Shown here: piece by piece, positions 6,660 to 13,589 of the stretch
How the letters are laid out: each line of letters begins with the position of its first letter
How positions within the stretch are numbered: position 1 is the first letter of the stretch
From: Candidatus Sigynarchaeum calidifontis
Lineage (GTDB): Archaea > Asgardarchaeota > Lokiarchaeia > Sigyniarchaeales > Sigyniarchaeaceae
NCBI GenBank assembly: GCA_030587475.2
Contig: JAUQYZ020000211.1
Coordinates: 1 to 23,511, forward strand
Direction of reading: 5' to 3'
Length of the DNA: 23,511 nucleotides
The notes under the pieces: model-generated
Databases searched by the model: none
The model's input: the letters and a program-made list of their open reading frames with translations, nothing else
Told to the model about the DNA's origin: nothing
Position numbers and translations under genes: made by a program

Positions 6660-8717
6660 GTGTTGATGGACATGTCTTACACGCCAGAAGAGATCAAGCA
6701 GATCAACAAGAAACCCGTGCGCATCTTGCCGGGTGCCTACCAAAAGATGCTCATGCACGTGCTACGATTTGGTTCTCCGGGGATTCCCAAGGATCAGTGG
6801 CGAGAATGCTATGGCATGGTCATCGGGAAGTTCAGCAAGGAGGCGGGCATTACAGTGACCGATGCCCTCGCCTCGACTCATGGTTCCGACATCGGGGTCG
6901 AGTTCATGGAGAAAAACTACGTGCTCATGGCAGAATTCCAAGATCAGCTAGATAAAATAAACGCAGAGGTCGCTAATCCCGCCGACCAGGTCTTTATCGT
7001 GGGTTGGTATCACTCTCACCCCGGGATGGCACGTTTCTTGAGTTCTGTCGACGTGCGTAACCAGATCGCCTACCAGACTGCAGCGTTCCCTTTCGGCATC
7101 GCCATCGTGTTCGACAATACCTGCATCTTTCAAAAAGAACCCGTTTCCGGCCAGCTCGATCTCGGTTTCAAGATATTTCGACTCGATGACCCGACATCGA
7201 CCGAGGTCAACATCCCGTTCTCGGAGGTGCCGTTCGACCGGACGCTCCTTGACAAGCCGGATCTTATTGAGCTCTGGCGGAACGAGATGGCCATGATTGA
7301 AAACGTGCAAAAGCGCGCTCCCATTATCAAGGAATACCAGGAAACCCCTTCTGTCTTTGGCGACTTCAAGTTACCGACGACGGCCGATTTGAAAGAGGCA
7401 GGAACAGGCATCACGAGTGCCGAGCGGCAGGAGATCACGATCCTCCCCCTTGCCGACCTCGACCAGGTCTTCACCCGCGGCATGCAACTCTTCATCCAGA
7501 AATATCAAGCACTCCCCGCCGACCAGAAAAAATCCTTCGAGGGCTTCATCGAGCAAGGCATGACGCCGTTCATCGACAAGACGGTCGCGACGGTCGTCAC
7601 GGGGCTCAACGAGTGGACGAGGAAGCTGCGTGAGGACATAGATAAACGCGTGAATTACGGCATCGCCGCGCTCGACACGATGAAATCGACGATGAAAGGC
7701 ATCCAGGACAGTTTCCTCGCATATTTGAAGCAGAATGCCGATGCAAGCCGCGAGAAGAGCCACGAACTTGCGAAATCTGTTGACAAGGTCGAGCTGCTCG
7801 TTAAGAAAATATTCACGGATAATAAAAGCGACTTGCACACACTCTTCAAGGAAACGACGGCAGCCTGGCACGAGCTCATTGACAGCGCGGGTAAAAAATT
7901 GGCTCAAACCGAGCTGGCCTCAATTAAAGCCGAGCTCGAGCGGCTCGGGAGCGGCATTGTTGGCAGTGCGAAAACAAGTCCAGATACCGCGGCAAGCAAG
8001 CCCGACTTCGAGAGCCTCAACGACGTTCTCGCGCGGCATATCCAAGCCGTGAACGCAGCGATCCAGGAAGCGAATGATATCCGCGCCGCGAAGCCTGCCC
8101 CGCCGCTGCTCGGCGATTTCAAGATCCCGAGCACCGCGGAGATCAAGAGCCTCGTATCGTTCGTCGACCACGTCGACGAGGTGACCACGGACCTGCTGGC
8201 CATGAAGGATATCGCGATGGGATTCAAGCAAGGGCTTGCCGAATTCACCCGGTTTTACGATGGGCTTTCGCCCGACCAGCGGAACGACTTCCAGCTCATC
8301 AACGAGAAGGGCATCCAGCCGCTATCAGACAAGGTCATTACCAATCTCGTGAAGGGCATCAACCAGTGGACTATCAGCTTACGCGATGACATCGACCGGC
8401 GGATCAACTTGCTCGTTTCCACGGCGAACGAGATGCAGCGCACGATGAAAAACATCTTCAGCGACTATGTCGAATTTCTCGTAACATCTACCGATCCATC
8501 GGCGAAGATCGCACGCGAGGCTACCCGGATCCTGGCTTCCGTCGAAACGACCGCTATTGCCAGCTTTAACAACATCATCACGTACGTGCAACAAGTCATG
8601 GAAAATTTGATGGCGCAATATAGCGGCCAGTTAGAACAGCAGAAAGCGGCGCTCGATGCCAAGGAGTTGAAGAATATCACGAAGGCCATCGAGAACTTGA
8701 AAAAGAGCATGAAATAA
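6660..8717 (+). CDS. MPN+/JAMM metalloprotease (Rpn11/CSN5/BRCC36-like) with two tandem ~250-aa helical repeats
   Basis: ECYGMVIG (catalytic Glu) and VGWYHSHPGMARFLSSVD, an exact HxHx7Sx2D motif (7011-7052), followed by AIVFD...FKIFRL. The C-terminal part is alpha-helical and duplicated. The real start may be ATG 6666 or 6672. Confidence 0.9.
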   Translation: MLMDMSYTPEEIKQINKKPVRILPGAYQKMLMHVLRFGSPGIPKDQWRECYGMVIGKFSKEAGITVTDALASTHGSDIGVEFMEKNYVLMAEFQDQLDKINAEVANPADQVFIVGWYHSHPGMARFLSSVDVRNQIAYQTAAFPFGIAIVFDNTCIFQKEPVSGQLDLGFKIFRLDDPTSTEVNIPFSEVPFDRTLLDKPDLIELWRNEMAMIENVQKRAPIIKEYQETPSVFGDFKLPTTADLKEAGTGITSAERQEITILPLADLDQVFTRGMQLFIQKYQALPADQKKSFEGFIEQGMTPFIDKTVATVVTGLNEWTRKLREDIDKRVNYGIAALDTMKSTMKGIQDSFLAYLKQNADASREKSHELAKSVDKVELLVKKIFTDNKSDLHTLFKETTAAWHELIDSAGKKLAQTELASIKAELERLGSGIVGSAKTSPDTAASKPDFESLNDVLARHIQAVNAAIQEANDIRAAKPAPPLLGDFKIPSTAEIKSLVSFVDHVDEVTTDLLAMKDIAMGFKQGLAEFTRFYDGLSPDQRNDFQLINEKGIQPLSDKVITNLVKGINQWTISLRDDIDRRINLLVSTANEMQRTMKNIFSDYVEFLVTSTDPSAKIAREATRILASVETTAIASFNNIITYVQQVMENLMAQYSGQLEQQKAALDAKELKNITKAIENLKKSMK
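7359..8714 (+). repeat. Intragenic protein-level tandem duplication, period 753 nt (251 aa)
   Basis: GDFKLPTTADLK at 7359 vs GDFKIPSTAEIK at 8112; YQALPADQKKSF vs YDGLSPDQRNDF; GMTPFIDK vs GIQPLSDK; GLNEWTRKLREDIDKRVN vs GINQWTISLRDDIDRRIN; MKSTMKGI vs MQRTMKNI. Confidence 0.9.
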
Positions 8718-8773
8718 TTCTTGAATTCTCGGGTGTTGATAGATTTCTTCTGTTTTTCCCTTTGAAATATAGT

Positions 8774-9289
8774 TCACGAGGCCTCCCGGGTTACTTCCAT
8801 GAGGCTCAAGTCCCTGTTGAGCTTGCATTCCGTGCGTATCTTCTTCAGGATTTTCACGCACTTGACCGGTGCGCCCTTGGCAAGGGTGTTCTTCGGGAGG
8901 TCGCAATTCGGTTGATAAATGCACAGCTTCTCCGGGCAGTTTTGTCCCATGTACGTGAGGCGCATGCCTTCAAAAGTTTTACCCGACGGGAGCGAGACGA
9001 TCAGTGGCTTTTCCTTCACTTTTACGACGACCATCTCGCCGGGAAACAGCTTCCTCGGGCATTCATGTTTGATGTTATCGTTAACGTCCTTGATGACGTA
9101 GACACGGCCCTTCTCCAGGTTTTTCATGCAGATCTGGTAGAGCGGGCAATTTATACATGCGTCCGGCGTCTCGTCGTGGATGAATTCCTTGCCGATTTGC
9201 GCATTGCGCTCAAGTGCCAAGGTGACAAGGTATTCCTTCTTCCCTTGGTCGGGGATCTTGTCCGTCCGGTTCTTTTTCAAGTAGGACAT
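8774..9289 (-). CDS. UPF0179 family protein (archaeal, Cys-rich)
   Basis: VTL...AQIGKEF...CINCPLYQIC...LEKGRVY...HECP...VVKVKE, a second CxxxxCxxxxxC cluster and a terminal C...L...V: the UPF0179 pattern. Confidence 0.85.
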   Translation of the reverse strand: MSYLKKNRTDKIPDQGKKEYLVTLALERNAQIGKEFIHDETPDACINCPLYQICMKNLEKGRVYVIKDVNDNIKHECPRKLFPGEMVVVKVKEKPLIVSLPSGKTFEGMRLTYMGQNCPEKLCIYQPNCDLPKNTLAKGAPVKCVKILKKIRTECKLNRDLSLMEVTREAS

Positions 9290-9316
9290 GGCTCGGGTTT
9301 ATGAATGGTGGACAAG

Positions 9317-9498
9317 AAAAAAAAACAAACAGCTTGAACGATGAGAAAAATCTGCCGCAGCCCTGAAGGGCTCCTTACCCTTTTGCGGGCTTATTTGACG
9401 TGTTAAATGACGCTTCACCGATGAAAAAGACAGAAAACATTAACGAGAGGAGAGAAATTCCAATGGTTAACGCACGTTTAAGATGTTGAAGAAAAAGG
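9317..9498 (-). terminator. Series of U-tracts and a GC hairpin downstream of aCPSF1
   Basis: Minus-strand T-tracts at ~9492-9496, ~9424-9436, 9346-9350 and a T9 run at 9317-9325, plus a GC-rich stem region at 9355-9388. Confidence 0.55.
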
Positions 9499-9515
9499 TG
9501 AAGTTCCCGTTCTTC

Positions 9516-11411
9516 TTAATTCAAGAACATGGTTTCCAAATTCTTCGGGGCCTTGGTCTCGCATTTTACCCTTTGATGGATAGTAGACGCGAGGTTGACG
9601 CATTTCGTGGCCTCGCCGTGACAGGTGATGACCCGGTCTGGTTTCGGGCGAAGTTTTCGAAGGTAACCCATGATCTGCGACCGGCTGCTGTGGCCGGAGA
9701 AGCCCTCGATCGTCTCGACCTGGAGGTTGAGCCTTACCACGTGTCGCTTGCCCTTCTCGTCGACGGCGGTGAAGTCTTTCCATCCCTTCTGCACCCGGCG
9801 ACCGAGCGTGCCCTCTACCTGGTATGAAACGAAAAGCAAGCAGTTCTTGGGGTTATCGGCGAGCCGCTCGAGGTACTGCACGGACGGGCCGCCCTGGAGC
9901 ATGCCGCTCGTGGCCATGATGATGCACGGGTCGCCCTCGACGATGTCATCCCTGGCATTCTGGCTGTCGACCTGGTGAAACGACTCGCACAAGAACGGGT
10001 TGTGGCCTTGGTGGAAGATCTTTTCGCGCAGCTCGTCCGACAAGTATTCCGGATGGGTCGTGTGGATAGCGGTGGCCTCCGAGATCATGCCATCGATGAA
10101 CACGGGGATGTCCGGGATGCGTTTACCGAGCATTTCCTCGAGCACGATCATGATCTCTTGCGCGCGGCCGACCGCGAGCACTGGAATGAGAATTTTTCCT
10201 TTCCGGTTGATGACGTCATTGATGAGGTTCACCAGGCGGCGTTCACTCTCGTGGCGGGATTGCATGACATCGTGGGGGCCGCCGTACGTGGCTTCGATGA
10301 CGATGGTCTCGAGTCGCGGGAACTTGTACGACGCGGGCTCGAGCAGCTTGGTGCGCTGGAATTTAAAGTCGCCCGTGTAGACGATGTTGTAATTGCCGTC
10401 GCCGATGTGCAAGTGCGCCATTGCCGATCCGAGTATATGGCCGCTATTATGGAACGTGAGCTTGACGTCGGGGGCGATGTCGGTGACCTCGTTATATTCT
10501 AGCGGGATGGCCGACAAGATCTCTTTTTTTATGTCTTTCTTCGTGTAAATCGGATCCCTGCCCTCTTTATCCGCGATGTCCACGTAATCGAGCTGGAGCA
10601 TCGTGGCGAGGTTGCGTGTTGGTTGCGTCATGAAGACGGGGCCGTGATAGCCCCATTTATAAAGATACGGCACGAAACCACTGTGATCCATGTGCGCGTG
10701 GGTCACGACCACGGCATCGAGCTTGTCGAGGTTGAATTCCGGCACATCAAATCTCGGGAACTCGTTCTCCGACGAGCTGAAATTCACACCGCAGTCGATC
10801 ATGACGTTCGATTCCTTGGTCTGGAGCAGCAAGCAAGTCCTTCCCACTTCTCTAAAACCACCGAGCGTCGAGAGTCGAACCTCCGTGTTCTTGTATAACG
10901 TGGGCCGGTGTATCCGATGGCCGATGGCGAGCAAATATTTTTTCTGCAGCTCTTTCTCTTTCTTGATCAGCTCTCGAACAGAGTCTACCGTTTTTGACTC
11001 TATGGGGGGTGTGCGCACGACGTTGGGGCGCCAGAGGGTCTTCTCCCTGATAATCTTGAGGGTAAGCCCCCCCTTGCCGATGACAAGGCCTGGTTTCTTC
11101 GCTGCGATGATGACCTCCCCGAGGTTCGAGTCAAACGTGATCTTCGATATTTCCGCTTCTTGTGGGACCTCCTTCTGGATAAAGGCCATGGCTTCATCTG
11201 AAGGAGTGCGGATCGACGGGTCCGCGCGGATGACGATGCGCTTGCGGATTTCCTTGGCCAGATTCTTCAAGGCATCGCCGTTCGCGATGACTTCATTCCG
11301 GTTCTTGCTGTAAACGGCGATTTCAGGCCCTTCGAACTCGACTGCATTAAAATCCGGGATGTATCTGCGTATTATATCTTTATAATGTTCAAGAACGTCG
11401 ACAGAAGACAT
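9516..11411 (-). CDS. fttA: aCPSF1 / FttA: KH-KH-MBL-beta-CASP ribonuclease, transcription termination factor
   Basis: VEFEGPEIAVYS, KH GxxG loop (KKPGLVIGKGG), LGGFREVGR, THAHMDH, GHILGS, YTGDFK, VGRAQE, SGMLQGG, GFSGHS, CHGE. ATG 11411 (MSSVDVL) preferred over TTG 11429. Confidence 0.97.
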   Translation of the reverse strand: MSSVDVLEHYKDIIRRYIPDFNAVEFEGPEIAVYSKNRNEVIANGDALKNLAKEIRKRIVIRADPSIRTPSDEAMAFIQKEVPQEAEISKITFDSNLGEVIIAAKKPGLVIGKGGLTLKIIREKTLWRPNVVRTPPIESKTVDSVRELIKKEKELQKKYLLAIGHRIHRPTLYKNTEVRLSTLGGFREVGRTCLLLQTKESNVMIDCGVNFSSSENEFPRFDVPEFNLDKLDAVVVTHAHMDHSGFVPYLYKWGYHGPVFMTQPTRNLATMLQLDYVDIADKEGRDPIYTKKDIKKEILSAIPLEYNEVTDIAPDVKLTFHNSGHILGSAMAHLHIGDGNYNIVYTGDFKFQRTKLLEPASYKFPRLETIVIEATYGGPHDVMQSRHESERRLVNLINDVINRKGKILIPVLAVGRAQEIMIVLEEMLGKRIPDIPVFIDGMISEATAIHTTHPEYLSDELREKIFHQGHNPFLCESFHQVDSQNARDDIVEGDPCIIMATSGMLQGGPSVQYLERLADNPKNCLLFVSYQVEGTLGRRVQKGWKDFTAVDEKGKRHVVRLNLQVETIEGFSGHSSRSQIMGYLRKLRPKPDRVITCHGEATKCVNLASTIHQRVKCETKAPKNLETMFLN

Positions 11412-11660
11412 GTTAATTCCACAGTACAATATGTTGTTGTTGGTTGATGCGTTCTATGCACGGCGTGTGTTCGATCGATGCCGGCAGTGATGCGAGGAAG
11501 CAATCGAAGTGCCACGCCTTGTAACACAACTGTATTTTATGATGATTCAAGGATCGTTACTTTAACCAAATTCTAAGGTCGATTTGGGTCTTCGATTTTT
11601 ACCTAGAAGTAGTAAAACAAGTTAGGTAAAATCAACTCAAGATCGTAATGAATGACGAAC

Positions 11661-11668
11661 CTTAAAAA
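11661..11668 (-). promoter_or_regulatory. TATA box (TTTTTAAG) with purine-rich upstream flank; putative internal promoter for aCPSF1
   Basis: Minus strand reads GGGAATGG-TTTTTAAG just after the psmB stop, predicting a TSS near 11640 and a ~230-nt leader. Confidence 0.5.
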
Positions 11669-11694
11669 CCATTCCCCTTAATCGCACCACGTCG

Positions 11695-12348
11695 TCATTT
11701 TCGAGGGTCAATCGTTCGTTTCTCAATACCGTCTTTTGTTATTACCAAAATGTCAATGCCGTTGCCCGTGAATATGTCTCTGGAGATGCTTGCCTTGATA
11801 GCTTTCTTGGCGAGCTCGATGCCTTCCTCGATGGTCATCCCCTCCTTGTATCCATCTTCGAGCACGCCGTATGCGTAAACAGAGCCAGAACCAGTGCTGG
11901 TATACATTTCTTTCAAGATGGAACCATCTCCACCCACATCATAAAGTTTCGGGCCTTCGACATCAACCCCGCCAACGATGTGCTGCACCTCGTAAGGGAA
12001 CGGGTACTTTGCCCTGTACAGCTCGTTGGCGAGTATCTTCACGATCGTGTTCACGGGTGCCATCTTGCCATGCTTGAGCTCGTAGAGCCGGGCTTCCGCG
12101 TTCATGAGATCGATCAAGCACTGCGCGTCAGCCACGGCGCCAGCGATCGTCATCGCGATGCTCTTCGAAATCGGGTGAATCTTGTTCGCGGTCTTGCTCG
12201 CGATGAAAGCACCCTCGGTTGCCCGCTTATCCGCGGCTAATATAACAGCATCTTTAACGACCATGCCCAGCGTCGTCGTGCCCGTGCGCAGCGCGTGTTC
12301 TTTCGAGCGATGTGCGCCCGCGGGATTTGTATTGGTTACATCCATCAT
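11695..12348 (-). CDS. psmB: 20S proteasome beta subunit (Ntn hydrolase with propeptide)
   Basis: Propeptide cleavage site TG/TTT, AADKRAT, ANKI (Lys33), IAGAVADAQ, STGSGS, SRD...G. Start ATG 12348/12345 or 12375; the 12510 start would overlap the divergent gene. Confidence 0.96.
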   Translation of the reverse strand: MMDVTNTNPAGAHRSKEHALRTGTTTLGMVVKDAVILAADKRATEGAFIASKTANKIHPISKSIAMTIAGAVADAQCLIDLMNAEARLYELKHGKMAPVNTIVKILANELYRAKYPFPYEVQHIVGGVDVEGPKLYDVGGDGSILKEMYTSTGSGSVYAYGVLEDGYKEGMTIEEGIELAKKAIKASISRDIFTGNGIDILVITKDGIEKRTIDPRK

Positions 12349-12391
12349 CTTCACGAAGCCGGTTTTCTTAGTCATACTATGTAGAGCAGTG

Positions 12392-12399
12392 TTAAATAA
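12392..12399. promoter_or_regulatory. AT-rich TATA-like element (TTAAATAA / TTATTTAA) between divergent psmB and the radical SAM gene
   Basis: AT-rich octamer centred in the ~80-nt divergent spacer. Confidence 0.45.
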
Positions 12400-12430
12400 T
12401 GACTCTTGTGATTTTGAATTATGGGCATCG

Positions 12431-13510
12431 ATGAACATGGCATCCAAGACAAGTCCGCTGCAGATGCTTGAACGCGTCCAGGCGCGCGACCACGTGAAAA
12501 ACCACTTCATAGTTCAATCTATCCCGGCAGGGGTCGATATTCAAGGATTGTCACGTATGACAATCGAAGATGCATGGGTGCTGCACGACCGATTGCACGA
12601 GCGCTTTCTCGAAAAACGAGCGGATTCTAATGCATCCATCGATAAAGCGTCACCGAGCTATCTCGACGTGAAGATCAAGCTCGCGAGATCGATGCTGGAG
12701 TCTTGTAACTTTTGCGAGCGCCGCTGCGCGGTCGACCGGGTCGCCGGGAAAAAGGGCACGTGCCGGGTGGAAGCGTCCCCGCGCGTGAGCTCAGCTTTCC
12801 TCCACTTTGGTGAGGAGAGCCCGATTGTGCCCAGCGGTACCATCTTCTTCGCGGGTTGCAATTTTGCGTGTGTGTTTTGTCAGAACGAGGACATCTCGAC
12901 AGATCCAGAAAATGGTATGCTTGTAACGCCGCAAAAGTTAGCAAAAATCGCTATATCGCTTGCGATGGATGGTGCCAGGAACATCAACTATGTCGGTGGA
13001 GACCCTACGCCAAATCTCCACGTGATCATCGAATCCCTTGCCCACCAGTACATCCCCGTCGCGCAACTCTGGAACAGCAACAACTTCAACACTATCGAGG
13101 CCATGAAGCTGCTGCTCGACGTGATGGACATCTGGCTTCCGGACTTGAAGTATGGCAATGATTTATGCGCCAAGCGGTTATCTGGCATTAATGCTTATTG
13201 GTCTATCATCACACGGAACTTGAAACTCGTGCACGACGGGATGGTCGTGCCTGGCTATGCATCCCTTGTCATCAGGCATCTGGTATTGCCCGGACATGTT
13301 GACTGCTGTTCATTTCCTGCGATCAAGTGGATTGCCAAGGAACTCCCGCTCGCAATGGTTAACATCATGGGTCAATACCGGCCGCAGCACGAGGTTCTCA
13401 TCAAGCCAACAGAGTTCAAGGAAATTGCACGGCGTCCCACTTTCGAAGAGATCGATTCTGTGAGATCGCTCGCGACCCGGCTAGGTGTCATCTGGAAGCC
13501 CGTGTCGTGA
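12431..13510 (+). CDS. PflX-like (COG1313-type) radical SAM protein
   Basis: N-terminal CNFCERRC...GTC, HFGEE, SGTIFFAGCNFACVFCQN (CxxxCxxC), NINYVGGDPT, DLKYGN, RHLVLPGH, NIMGQYRP. Start ATG 12431 or 12437. Confidence 0.92.
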   Translation: MNMASKTSPLQMLERVQARDHVKNHFIVQSIPAGVDIQGLSRMTIEDAWVLHDRLHERFLEKRADSNASIDKASPSYLDVKIKLARSMLESCNFCERRCAVDRVAGKKGTCRVEASPRVSSAFLHFGEESPIVPSGTIFFAGCNFACVFCQNEDISTDPENGMLVTPQKLAKIAISLAMDGARNINYVGGDPTPNLHVIIESLAHQYIPVAQLWNSNNFNTIEAMKLLLDVMDIWLPDLKYGNDLCAKRLSGINAYWSIITRNLKLVHDGMVVPGYASLVIRHLVLPGHVDCCSFPAIKWIAKELPLAMVNIMGQYRPQHEVLIKPTEFKEIARRPTFEEIDSVRSLATRLGVIWKPVS

Positions 13511-13571
13511 AAAAAGATGAGCGTTGCGTTTTTCTATGCTGCGCCCTAGATGAATAAAAAGATGAGGCGTT
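13511..13571 (+). repeat. Imperfect direct repeat AAAAAGATGAG(G)CGTT, 45-nt period, upstream of AOR
   Basis: Copies at 13511-13525 and 13556-13571; GGTGA RBS at 13581-13585. Confidence 0.6.
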
Positions 13572-13589
13572 CGATTTCAAGGTGAAACG

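Noticed and set aside
11584-11640. Hairpin as a SECIS element or MITE terminal repeat
   Set aside because: No properly placed GA quartet or apical A motif, no adjacent TGA-containing gene, and no target-site duplication or second copy in the window.
12182-12510. Apparent overlap of psmB and the radical SAM gene, and likewise SCP2/M20 at 20412-20545
   Set aside because: Artefact of longest-ORF start choice; downstream ATGs give non-overlapping divergent genes with TATA-like boxes between them.
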